A stretch of DNA of 64,000 nucleotides from Actinomycetota bacterium (lineage in GTDB: Bacteria > Actinomycetota > Geothermincolia > Geothermincolales > RBG-13-55-18), in NCBI GenBank assembly GCA_030019255.1, contig JASEFK010000006.1:154553-218552 (forward strand). Direction: 5' to 3'. The notes beneath the pieces are model-generated. The model searched no databases and was not told the DNA's origin. It saw only the letters and a list, made by a program, of their open reading frames with translations. This document shows, in pieces, positions 37,397 to 47,051 of this stretch (its first letter is position 1; each line of letters begins with the position of its first letter). The position numbers and the translations under genes are program-made.

Positions 37397-37666
37397 TCAG
37401 GCCAGCCCCCGAAGGACCGGGCCCAACTTCTCCCTCACCAGTTCCCCGAGCTCATCGGCCCTCATGAGGACCACGCAGCAGATCCGGCCGTCCCTCTCCC
37501 AGCTCACCAGGGCCAGGCGGTCCCCCGCCTTGATGCCGGCCCGCTCGCGGAAATCCTTGGGAAGGACCATCTGCCCCCTCTCATCCACGCTCACCAGCGT
37601 CTCCACCCGGCAACCGGTGGACCCGGACGGGGCACAGCAGGCCTCCTCCGCCTTCCTCGCCGCCAT
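37397..37666 (-). CDS. AbrB/MazE-type DNA-binding protein with Cys pairs (HgcC-like)
   Basis: ACC...CRVETLVSVDERGQMVLPKDFRERAGIKAGDRL...ICC. Confidence 0.8.
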   Translation of the reverse strand: MAARKAEEACCAPSGSTGCRVETLVSVDERGQMVLPKDFRERAGIKAGDRLALVSWERDGRICCVVLMRADELGELVREKLGPVLRGLA

Positions 37667-37702
37667 GGACGCCTCCTCGCTCTCCACTGCGATCTGTGTT
37701 TG

Positions 37703-37735
37703 AATTTTCTGAATATTCTTATATTTCAGAAAATT
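37703..37735. promoter_or_regulatory. 11-11-11 perfect inverted repeat upstream of the AbrB-like gene and arsM
   Basis: AATTTTCTGAA-N11-TTCAGAAAATT. Confidence 0.65.
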
Positions 37736-38684
37736 ACTGCAAAAGTCAAGCCGCACCCGGAGGTGCGGCGGAGGGCCAGGGAGACCATTCCCCGGAGCAG
37801 GCTCCGGAAGTATTCGTGCCGGGTCCCGTCGGCCCTTCCCCACAGGCGGCGGACCTTATCCGCCCAGGGGCCGAAGAAGGCGGGGTGTTCCGGGTAGTCC
37901 CCGTACGACCTACGCAGGGCCGCGGCGGTGCCGGCCAGGGCGGCCATGCGCGCCAGGGAGGAGGGGCGCAATTTCCCGGAGGCGATCCCCCGGGCCATGG
38001 TGGGAAGCCCCCCTGGCCACCTCCGCGAGGTCGGACCTCAGCTCGTATTCCAGGTTGAAGCCACGGTCCCCTCCTCGCTGAAGATGCCGGGCACGGAATA
38101 GAGGAAGTCTGTCCCCCTTTCCATGACTCCATGTACACCACCAGGGTGTCCAGGTCTTCCGGGGGGTCGTCCTCCCATCAGGGACTTACGGGAACCCTCG
38201 TCCTCACCGCCCCCCGGAGCCCGGAGGCGTCCACCACCAGGCGACCGCGCAGTTCGTACTCCGAATCCCCCCTGCGGACCCTCATTCCCTTCGGGAATCC
38301 CCTCTTCCAAAGCAGGTCCAGGAATTCCGTCTCCTCCCGGAATTCCACCCCCTCCTCCGCCGCGTAACCCCGCAGGCGCCTCATGAAAGCCGGTTTGTCC
38401 ATGTCCAGGGTTACCAGGCGGGCGGTGACCCGATGTCCGCCCCCCGTGGACCACATGGTAATGGTTTCCAGGCGGTGCAGCAGCTTCTTTCCCCGCGGGA
38501 GGGGGATGGCGAACCTCTCGAAGGAAGGTTTTTCCATGTGGAAGGGCCCTATGGACCTGCCCAGCGAATCCAGTCTCTACCTCTCCAGCACCAGGCAGCG
38601 GAAACCCGCCTCTGCCAGCTTCCAGGACAGATAGGTGCCCGACGTCCCCGCGCCTACGATGATCGCGTCGTATTCATCCGCCAC
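37726..38684 (-). pseudogene. Fragmented FAD-dependent oxidoreductase (geranylgeranyl reductase-like)
   Basis: YDAIIVGAGTSG...LVLER, in-frame TAG at 38577-38579, frame continues to VVDASG, then further stops and frame changes; much shorter than a full-length member. Confidence 0.75.
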
Positions 38685-39115
38685 CGTTGGTCGCCCCTTT
38701 TCTCTCCCCGCCTTCGCCGTCCCCGGAAGGACGAGGGATACTCTCCCCTCTCCTCTCTCCCCTTCCCCCGCCACCGCGCATCCCGCCATCGTCGCCTGTT
38801 CCCTTTTCCGGGCCGGCCCCACCCCGGCCTTCTCGCGGCCTTTCTATATATATGACCCAAGGTGGGAGCCTTCGATTTTCCCGTGGGACCCGGCTCCCTG
38901 CCTCCCATCCGTCGCCGACCTCGATTCCGCCTGCTGCCCGCAAGGTCTTGCCCGGGCCCGCACCGCATGCCTGCCGGGCACAATCTCACCGCGGACCCGG
39001 ATATTACTCCTATCTCTCGCCGCCGTGAACCGTTCCCGACCCTCCCTCCGGGTCTCGTAGCCCGCAGGGCCAAGCCATGATCTTCCCTTGAATCGGCAGC
39101 GTTCCTCCCGCTTCC

Positions 39116-39916
39116 TCAGACCAGGATATCGCGCCGCTCGAACAGGTAGACCGAAAGCGCTTCCAGCGCCAGCGACGCGGCCAGGAGCACCAGGACGTGC
39201 ATGGCGTTCAGCCCGTTCTTTAGGGGGTCGGCCGCGATGTAGTAATAGAAGGGAGATACCCTGCTCCAGGGCTTGAGCCCCTCCACCAGGCTGGAGAGGG
39301 AGTAGAGGAAGAAGGAGGCCACCGCCACGGCGGCGGCGACGCCCACCGCCCGCCCGCGCCTGCCGGTCAGGCAACCCACGGCCAGGGCCAGCGAGCCGAA
39401 GAAAAGGGCCAGGAGGACGCAGGAGAGACATGCCGCCGCCAGCCGCGCGGCACTGATATCCATTCCCACCCCGGCGGCGCCCAGGGCCAGGGAGGCCCAG
39501 AGGACCAGCCCCAGGCAGAGAACCGCGGTGAACATGGCCGCCGCCTTCTCCAGCACCACCCGGCGCCGGGACACGGGATTGGCCAGGAGGATGTCCAGGG
39601 TTCCCTTCCCCTCCTCTCCGGCCACGGCCGCGCTTCCCCGGGAGACGGCGAAGATGATGAAAAGGATGGGGGCCATCATGAAGAACAGCTCTCCCTGGAG
39701 GTACCCGGCCGGGGAGGTGTAATCCTCCGCGTTCTCCCCGATGAAGGCCTTCATCCACTCCGGCGCTTCCTCCAGGAACTCGGTCACCGCCGGAGTCCTG
39801 GAGATGGTGGGATAATAGGCCACCAGGAAGACGCAGAGGGCTACTATCCCCACCGTCCACCAGGCGAAGGAGACCCGCTGGTCCCGCAGGGTCTTCAGGT
39901 ATATGTTCCTAAGCAT
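39116..39916 (-). CDS. ABC-2 type exporter permease
   Basis: About 6 TM segments; GEEGKGTLDILLANPVSR; SPFYY; FERRD. Confidence 0.9.
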   Translation of the reverse strand: MLRNIYLKTLRDQRVSFAWWTVGIVALCVFLVAYYPTISRTPAVTEFLEEAPEWMKAFIGENAEDYTSPAGYLQGELFFMMAPILFIIFAVSRGSAAVAGEEGKGTLDILLANPVSRRRVVLEKAAAMFTAVLCLGLVLWASLALGAAGVGMDISAARLAAACLSCVLLALFFGSLALAVGCLTGRRGRAVGVAAAVAVASFFLYSLSSLVEGLKPWSRVSPFYYYIAADPLKNGLNAMHVLVLLAASLALEALSVYLFERRDILV

Positions 39917-40829
39917 GGCTCGCGCCTCCGGATTCCCCGCCCCCCTCGCGGTACATCTCCAGGAATATCTCCTCCAGGCCCACCTCGGGACTTACCACGT
40001 TGAGGACCTCGAAGCGGGCCACCGCCTTCACCAGGGCATCCACGCTCCCGGTCACCGTGCAGGTAAGTACGCGGTCCTCCAGGCGCAGGTCCCGCACCCC
40101 CGGGATATCCCGGAAATCCCGCGGGGATACCGGGTTCGCGAAGTGGATCTCCAGCCTGCGCAGCGCCTTCCGCTTCAGCGCCTCCACCTCGTCCACGGCC
40201 ACCAGGGTGCCCTCGCGGATCATCCCCACCCGGTCACACATCCTCTCCACCTCCGGGAGGTTGTGGGAGGAGATGAAATATGTGGTGCCCTCCCCTGCCG
40301 TCTCCCGCACTAGGCGGTGGAACTCGTTCTGCATCAGGGGGTCCAGGCCGCTGGTGGGCTCGTCCATGATCAAGAGTTCGGGGCGGTGGATGAAGGCCTG
40401 GAGGATGGCCAGCTTCTGGCGGTTACCCCGGGAGAGGGTCCTGATGGGACGGTCCAGGTCGCACTCCAGGCGCTCGGCCAGGAGGGAGACGTAGCCTCGG
40501 TCCACCCCGCCCCTCAGGTTCCCCAGGAAGCGCAGGAACTCCTCGCCGGTGAGGTTCTCGTAGAGCACGGGTTCCCCGGGCAGGTAACCCACCCGCCGCC
40601 GTATTTCCACGGAGCGCGAACGTACGTCCATGCCCAGGACCTCCGCCCTCCCGGCGCTGGGCCGGATGAGGTCCAGGAGCAGGCGGATGGTGGTGGTCTT
40701 TCCCGCCCCGTTGGGTCCCAGGTAGCCGAAGACCTCGCCGCGCCTCACCTCGAGGTTCAGGTCCCTGACCCCGCGGGCGCGGCCGTAATACTTGGTCAGT
40801 CCCTCGGTGAGTATGACCGTGTCGGCCAT
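39909..40829 (-). CDS. ABC exporter ATP-binding protein
   Basis: GPNGAGKTT, LSRGNRQK, LIMDEPT, SSH. Confidence 0.95.
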   Translation of the reverse strand: MADTVILTEGLTKYYGRARGVRDLNLEVRRGEVFGYLGPNGAGKTTTIRLLLDLIRPSAGRAEVLGMDVRSRSVEIRRRVGYLPGEPVLYENLTGEEFLRFLGNLRGGVDRGYVSLLAERLECDLDRPIRTLSRGNRQKLAILQAFIHRPELLIMDEPTSGLDPLMQNEFHRLVRETAGEGTTYFISSHNLPEVERMCDRVGMIREGTLVAVDEVEALKRKALRRLEIHFANPVSPRDFRDIPGVRDLRLEDRVLTCTVTGSVDALVKAVARFEVLNVVSPEVGLEEIFLEMYREGGGESGGASHA

Positions 40830-40935
40830 CCGCCGACTCCTTTCCGCCCTCTCTCATCACGCCGGACCCGAGATCCTCCTCCGCGGGCCGCCGGACCCGC
40901 GGCCCCCGTGCAAGCACTGCGCCTCCGGGTGCATC

Positions 40936-41904
40936 TCAGCCCGACGCCTTACTTCTCACCTCCGCCCGCATGAGTATCCTACCACAGGCTCCCCGCGGCC
41001 AGGCGTCACCGTAGCAGGAGATGGGGATGTCGAAAAGGGTTCCCGAGAACTCTGGTTCCTCCTCCACTCCCTGGGCCATCCTCTCCAGGAGGAGCATGAC
41101 CCGGAACCAGGCCTTGTGCAGGGCCATGATGCAGGGGTCCTTTCCCGTTTCCCGCCGCAGCACACGTCCCACGGAATCCAGGACCACCTCGTCGCCCGAC
41201 ACGTGGCCGGCGGGGCAGCCCACCGCCTCCACCACCCTGAGCACCACCCGGAGGTCCCGGAACCTCTCCATGGCCCGCAGGCGCATGACCCTCTCGGGGC
41301 GGGAAAGGAAGACCTCCATCTCCTCCGGGGAGAGGGGCAGGTCGGACGAAGGTGCGGGGGCGCAGGTGGCGGCATCGCGCTCCCCCGCGGAGTCCTTGAA
41401 CGCCCGGTCCCGCCCCCGCTGCCGCCGGTCGGTGATAAAAAGGTAGGGAAGGAGGCGCAGCATGCCGCGCACCGCCTCCAGGAAGGGCATCCTCTCCCTG
41501 CTCACCCGGAAAACGCACCTCCCCAGGCCGCCCTGCTCCAGGCCCGGGTCCGTACAGGCCACGGTGTGGAAGACCATGTCGTTGGGGTCCCTGCCCCGCA
41601 GCATGTGGTCATAATAGGAATAGATGACCGGCGAGAGCTGGGAAAGGCCGTGGACGCATATGGTGGCCGGACTTTTCCTCCTGATCAGTCCCCCCATGGC
41701 ATCGAAATACAGGGGACGTCCCTCGTAGTTCTGGCCCATGCAGTGGCGCGAGTACACCGGCTCCGCCTTTATCCAGTAGAACATGTCCCTGACGCTGATG
41801 GCATCCAGCAGGCCGGTGCGCCTGGCCTTCTCCAGCTCCTCCGGGGTGTAACCCCAGCGGTTCCTTATCAACCTCATGGTAACTTTTTCCATCAGGCCAC
41901 CCAT
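40936..41904 (-). CDS. Hypothetical protein with two Cys-containing (TIGR04076-like) domains
   Basis: HCMG..ICVHGL..ACTDPG..GRCVF repeated as GCPAGH..PCIMAL..SCYGD..GRILM. Confidence 0.65.
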   Translation of the reverse strand: MGGLMEKVTMRLIRNRWGYTPEELEKARRTGLLDAISVRDMFYWIKAEPVYSRHCMGQNYEGRPLYFDAMGGLIRRKSPATICVHGLSQLSPVIYSYYDHMLRGRDPNDMVFHTVACTDPGLEQGGLGRCVFRVSRERMPFLEAVRGMLRLLPYLFITDRRQRGRDRAFKDSAGERDAATCAPAPSSDLPLSPEEMEVFLSRPERVMRLRAMERFRDLRVVLRVVEAVGCPAGHVSGDEVVLDSVGRVLRRETGKDPCIMALHKAWFRVMLLLERMAQGVEEEPEFSGTLFDIPISCYGDAWPRGACGRILMRAEVRSKASG

Positions 41905-42338
41905 CCTCGCCACCTCCTTCTCTCTATATCCCGCCCGGCCCCACTCCCGGACGGGAGAAAGACCGGGCCTCCCCGCCCTTCCCTCGTCCATCCCCTACGG
42001 TCGGCAAGTGATTCCCGAAAGGAACAGACCTCTTATCTCCCCGGCCACCATCCCGCGTTCCGATCCCTGTCCTGGTCAACGGGCCAGGGACATCTCACCG
42101 GTAGCGGTTTCTATTCTCTTCCCCGCCTCGATCCGGGGCAACCCACCGCCTCCACCCGCAAAGCCGGCATACGGCTCCGAATGCTGAAACCAGGCCGGTT
42201 TCAAGGCCCCTACCGGGAGGAGGCTGCATTATACTTAAGGTTGATGCTTCCGGCCCCGCGGGAGGATAAACCGGGAGCCGGAGGACGGGTCCACGGGGGC
42301 GGATGGTAACGTGCCTCACGCGCCGGAAGGGAGGAGAA

Positions 42339-43529
42339 ATGAACCGGGGCTACCCTTTCTTCGACCGGGAGAGCTGTGACCTGTGCGGGGAATGCCTGGC
42401 CCGCTGCCGATACCTGGGCCTTTCCCTCCCGGAGGCGCGCGAGGAGATGCGGCGCCTGGTGGAGGGCCTTCCCACGCGGGTGGTGCACCGCCGGTGCATA
42501 AGCTGTTACGCCTGCGACGCCTTTTGCCCCCGGGGATGCCGCCCCTACGAGCTCATCATCTCCGCCTGGCACCGCCGCTACCGCGAGCGGGGCCTGCCCG
42601 TTAGGGCCGCCTACCTCATGCCCGCTTCCCGTCCCAACTTCCGCACGGACCTGGTGCAGACCATGAGTCCCCGCGAAAGGGAGCTTCTGCGGCGGTGGCG
42701 GGAAACGTCCCCCGAGGGCGAGCTGGTCCTCTACCCCGGCTGCAACGCCCTGGCCCTTCCCCACCTGCTCGACGCTCCCTTCCTCCGGGAGGTGGTCGTC
42801 TCCGGCGACTTCGACCTCTGCTGCGGGGAGATGTACTTCCGCATGGGCCTCTTCGACGTGGTCCAAGAGACGGCCGAAAAACTTACCGCCTATTACCGTG
42901 GCCGATCCATCGGCACCATGCTCTTCGTGTGCCCCGCGGGCCTGAACATGTTCCGCAACGTCCTCCCCGGCCTCTTCGGGGCGAGGTTTGACTTCCGGAC
43001 CATGTACCTGGGCGAGTACCTATGGCAGAAAGTGGAAAGCGGCGAGCTGTCCATAAAGAAGAAGCTCGGCCGCCGGGTGGCGGTGCACGATTCCTGCCAC
43101 GGGAGGATACTGGGGGAGGAGGTCCAGGGCTCGGCCCGCCGCCTTTACACGGCCATGGGGCTGGACCTGGTGGAGCTTTCCGCGGACCCCGGGGAGGGAC
43201 TGTGCTGCGGCATGGCCGCCGGGTGCAACCGTTACCGTCCCGAGGACATGTACCGGGCGGCGGTCATGGAGCTGCGCGAGGCCGCGCGCACCGGGGCCGA
43301 CGAGCTGGCCGTCTACTGCGGGGGTTGCCAGCTAACCTTCTCCCTCATGCGTTGGCTCTACCCCACCCGGCAGCCCGTCCGCCACCTGCTGGAATATCTC
43401 CAGGAGGCCACGGGAGCGCCCGTCCACCATCCCGCTTCCCGTCGCGCCCTGCATCTGCTGGGAAATATTACCATTAAAGCCCTTCCCGGGATGCTTTCCC
43501 GCCGTTCGTACCGTATCCGGATCCCCTGA
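42339..43529 (+). CDS. Fe-S / CCG-domain oxidoreductase (GlcF/HdrD-like)
   Basis: CDLCGECLARC, CISCYACDAFCP, YPGC, LCCG, HDSCH, LCCG, CGGC. Confidence 0.88.
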   Translation: MNRGYPFFDRESCDLCGECLARCRYLGLSLPEAREEMRRLVEGLPTRVVHRRCISCYACDAFCPRGCRPYELIISAWHRRYRERGLPVRAAYLMPASRPNFRTDLVQTMSPRERELLRRWRETSPEGELVLYPGCNALALPHLLDAPFLREVVVSGDFDLCCGEMYFRMGLFDVVQETAEKLTAYYRGRSIGTMLFVCPAGLNMFRNVLPGLFGARFDFRTMYLGEYLWQKVESGELSIKKKLGRRVAVHDSCHGRILGEEVQGSARRLYTAMGLDLVELSADPGEGLCCGMAAGCNRYRPEDMYRAAVMELREAARTGADELAVYCGGCQLTFSLMRWLYPTRQPVRHLLEYLQEATGAPVHHPASRRALHLLGNITIKALPGMLSRRSYRIRIP

Positions 43530-44050
43530 CCGGGATTAACATATCCTCGAACCCCGAGACCCCCTCTCCCTATCTCGCCTTCGAAGCTCGCCCCCCAGGC
43601 CCGAACGGGCGACCGCGCCGCCACCGTTCCCCGAGGAAAGCCAGCCTCCCCCGGGGGACTCCCGTCCACTCTCGCGCGCTGCACCATCTCCTACCCATGC
43701 GTTACCACCCTCGTAGTCACGTCATCGCGCATCCGCACAAGCGTCCCGGCCACGCACATCCCCAAGACCCCGGAAACACCCACCACGTTCCGGCACGCCG
43801 GGGACCCGCACCCCCTCGTTCCGCTGGGGCGAGAATGCCGCCACCACTACCAAAACGCCGGGAGCGACGCGGGATTCACCGTCCACCAACTCCGCGGCGG
43901 CCTCCCCGGCCGATAGGGGCCTCGCGGAGCGGCCTTCCCGTGCGGCGAAAGTTGAAGCGGCTCCCGGGGATGAAAGATAATGGGCTTGCCCCCGCCGGCA
44001 GGCGGGGCACATCACGGGAAGGAGAATGGCACCGAGAGGGAGGGGGAAAG

Positions 44051-45193
44051 ATGGACTTCGCACTCACCGAGGAACAAAAGGCCCTGCAGCGGACGGTGCA
44101 CGAGTTCGCCGCCAACGAGATCCGGCCCGTGGCCCGGCAGTACGACGAGAGCGGCGAGTTCCCCTGGGAGGTGATCCGCAAGGCGGCCCGGCTGGAGCTC
44201 ACCTATTCGGGCGTACCCGAGGAATACGGGGGGCCCGGCCTGGGAATGCTGGACAACGTGATCATCATCGAGGAGCTGGGTTGGGGGTGCGTGGGCATAG
44301 CCTCGGCCATCGCCCTCAACCAGATCGCCATCCTCCCCGTTCTGCTGGCGGGTACCGAGGAACAGAGGCGGGAATACCTGGGCCGTCTCACTGACCCCGA
44401 CAATCCACGCCTGTGCGCCTTCGGTCTTACCGAGCCGGAGGCGGGTTCCGACGCCGCCTCGCTCAAGACCCGCGCCGTCCGGGACGGTGACGAGTACGTG
44501 CTCAACGGGCAGAAATGTTTCATCACCAACGGCGGGGTGGCCGACTTCTACACCATCTTCGCCACCGTGGACCCGGAAAAGAGGTACCAGGGCATCACCG
44601 CCTTCCTGGTGGACGCGGACACCCCTGGCTTTTCCATCGGGAAGATAGAGCACAAGATGGGCATGCGGGCCTCCCAGACGGCGGAGCTGATCCTCGAGGA
44701 CGTGCGCGTGCCCGCCTCCAGCGTCCTGCGGGGCGAGGGCCAGGGCTTCTACGTGGCCATGGAGACCCTGGACACCTCCCGGCCCGGGGTGGGAGCCATC
44801 GGGGTGGGCCTGGCCCGCGCCGCCTTCGAGGAGGCCCTGGCCTACTCCAAGCAGCGGGTGCAGTTCGGGAAACCCATCTGTCGCCAGCAGGCCATCGCCT
44901 TCATGCTGGCGGACATGGCCACCAAGATCGACTACGCCCGCCTCCTCTGCTACCGCGCCGCCTGGATGCTGGACCAGGGGATGAACGCCATCAAGGAATC
45001 CTCCATGGCCAAGTACGTGGGAACCGACGTGGCCATGGAGGTGTGCACGGACGCGGTGCAGATCCACGGCGGGTACGGTTACATGAAGGACTACCTGGTG
45101 GAGAAGCTCTTCCGGGACGCCAAGATCCTGCAGATCGTGGAGGGCACCAACCAGATCCAGCGCCTGGTCCTCTCCGCCCAGCTCTTGGCCTGA
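44051..45193 (+). CDS. Acyl-CoA dehydrogenase
   Basis: AFGLTEPEAGSD, NGQKCFITNG, KMGMRAS, RVQFGKPI, QIHGGYGY, RDAKILQIVEGTNQIQR. Confidence 0.96.
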   Translation: MDFALTEEQKALQRTVHEFAANEIRPVARQYDESGEFPWEVIRKAARLELTYSGVPEEYGGPGLGMLDNVIIIEELGWGCVGIASAIALNQIAILPVLLAGTEEQRREYLGRLTDPDNPRLCAFGLTEPEAGSDAASLKTRAVRDGDEYVLNGQKCFITNGGVADFYTIFATVDPEKRYQGITAFLVDADTPGFSIGKIEHKMGMRASQTAELILEDVRVPASSVLRGEGQGFYVAMETLDTSRPGVGAIGVGLARAAFEEALAYSKQRVQFGKPICRQQAIAFMLADMATKIDYARLLCYRAAWMLDQGMNAIKESSMAKYVGTDVAMEVCTDAVQIHGGYGYMKDYLVEKLFRDAKILQIVEGTNQIQRLVLSAQLLA

Positions 45194-45217
45194 GGGATAC
45201 CGCCGGCCCGCGCCGCC

Positions 45218-45496
45218 TCACGTTTTCTCGTAGGTCACGCCCGTGCCGGCGGGTGGGTAGCTGAAATCCACGGCTCCCTTCTCGCAGGCCAGGTAGCAGC
45301 TGCCGCATTCCAGGCACCATTGCCGGTACCTGGAGGAGAGGGCGGCCCTGCCCTTGCTTACCTTCCATAGGTCCATGGGACAGATGACCGCGCAGGCGCC
45401 GCATCCGTCGCACCCTTCCTCCCGGAGGAAGATGAAGTGGCGGGGGGAAGGCCTTATTCTTACCAGTTTCTTCCTGTCGATGCGCAGGGGCTCCAT
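45218..45496 (-). CDS. FixX-like ferredoxin
   Basis: CDGCGACAVICP and CLECGSCYLAC...YPPAGTGVTY. Confidence 0.85.
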   Translation of the reverse strand: MEPLRIDRKKLVRIRPSPRHFIFLREEGCDGCGACAVICPMDLWKVSKGRAALSSRYRQWCLECGSCYLACEKGAVDFSYPPAGTGVTYEKT

Positions 45497-45647
45497 TCAA
45501 TTCCCTCCTTCGTCCTCGACCGGGAAGGTCGCGTGCATTCCGATCGTCTTCCGGGTCCCCCTCCCCCTTGCCTCCCGGGTCCCACCCGGATTCATCCGGC
45601 ATCCGTCCCCTCCCGGGACCTTCGTCCACTTCCGGGTCCGACCGTCC

Positions 45648-47051
45648 TCACAGGTCCGTGAAGTCGGGCAGGAAACGGCCGAGCAGGGCGCGCAAACCCC
45701 GAGCCAGGCCAAGGTAGAAACGCGCTCGCTCCTCCCCCACCTCCATAAGGAGGGGAAGGTAGACCCTGGCCAGGGCCAGGATGGCTGGGAGGTTCTCCGC
45801 CACTATGGGAAGCACCCGGGCCATGGCCTCCGCCTTGGGTTCCTGGCCGGACATGAGTAGGTGCACGGCCAGGTCCACAGCCATCTCCTCCAGCTCGCGG
45901 CAGACCACCGGGTCCCCGAGCAGCTCGAAGAGCCTGCGCAGCTGCTCCCCGGCCACGAACTCCTGACCCACCGGGCTCTCCCGGAGCCTCTCCCGGTACC
46001 TCTCCAGGAAGGCCGGGGAGGCGTCGTTTTCCTCCAGCGACTCCGCGGCCACCTCGGCGGCCAGGCGGCCGGAATACATGGCCTGCCACACTCCCTCGGC
46101 GTACAGGGGTTCGGGAAGTCCCGCCGCGTCGCCCACCAGCATGAGGCCACCACAGAGGATGTCCTCCGGCATGCGCTCCATCCAGGTCAGGCAGTGGGCC
46201 TGCCACTCCCGCGGCTCCGCCTCCAGCGCCCGCAGCAGCCGTTGCACGGGAGGGGCGAGGATGGTGTCCAGGAGCTCCCGGGCCGGCTTGGCCCGCCTGC
46301 GCACCGCCCTGGAGATCAGGCTGTTGGTCACCCCGGGTCCTCCCAGGTGAACCCCGTCGGCGTAGGCGATGAGGAAGTTACCCCCCAGCCCGGGACCGAA
46401 GAAGGCATGGAATGCGGCCTCGTGGATGACGCAGTCCATCCTTTCCCGGGGAGCGGCGAAATCGATGATGCAGGTGCTGGTGACCTGGTGCGGTTTCCAC
46501 CTTTCGCGCAGGCCCGCCGCGCGGGCCACCGTGGAGAGAACCCCGTCCGCCCCGATGGTCAGCGGGGCGCGGTATTCCTCCCCTCCTTCCAGGCGCACTC
46601 CCACCACCTTCCCGGCCTCGCGGACCACGCCGGTGACCAGGGAGCGCGTGCGCAGCTCCGCCCCCGCCTTCACCGCCAGGCCCGCCAGGTAGGGATCGAA
46701 CTCCCGCCGCAGCATGCCCACCACGAAGAAGTCGCGGGCCTGGGGATAGGACATGCGCCTGGAGGGACCGGAGGCCAGGACGAACCTCTCCTCCATCTCC
46801 GGGGGTGGGGAGAGGAAGTGGGCCACGCACTCCCGGCCGTAGCGCATGGAAGGAAGTTCCATCTCCCGGATGAAGGGGAAATCCCTCCAGGCCTTGCTGG
46901 AAAGCGCGAAGCCGGAGGCGTTCTTCTCCCCCGGGGTATCCGCCCTCTCCAGCAGGAGGGTCCTCAGGCCCGCTTCCGCCGCCGCCAGGGCAGCCGTGCT
47001 CCCGCCCGGCCCGGCCCCCACCACGATGAGGTCGTAGCTCTTCACCGCCAC
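45648..47051 (-). CDS. FixC / geranylgeranyl reductase-like FAD oxidoreductase
   Basis: IVVGAGPGG, LLERADTPGEKNASG, GADG, LVGDAAG, EG-x3-AMYSGRLAAE. Confidence 0.85.
   Translation of the reverse strand: MAVKSYDLIVVGAGPGGSTAALAAAEAGLRTLLLERADTPGEKNASGFALSSKAWRDFPFIREMELPSMRYGRECVAHFLSPPPEMEERFVLASGPSRRMSYPQARDFFVVGMLRREFDPYLAGLAVKAGAELRTRSLVTGVVREAGKVVGVRLEGGEEYRAPLTIGADGVLSTVARAAGLRERWKPHQVTSTCIIDFAAPRERMDCVIHEAAFHAFFGPGLGGNFLIAYADGVHLGGPGVTNSLISRAVRRRAKPARELLDTILAPPVQRLLRALEAEPREWQAHCLTWMERMPEDILCGGLMLVGDAAGLPEPLYAEGVWQAMYSGRLAAEVAAESLEENDASPAFLERYRERLRESPVGQEFVAGEQLRRLFELLGDPVVCRELEEMAVDLAVHLLMSGQEPKAEAMARVLPIVAENLPAILALARVYLPLLMEVGEERARFYLGLARGLRALLGRFLPDFTDL

Noticed and set aside
37397..37666. 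Mercury methylation locus or toxin-antitoxin pair
   Set aside because: No hgcA/hgcB and no toxin gene adjacent; the downstream gene is arsM
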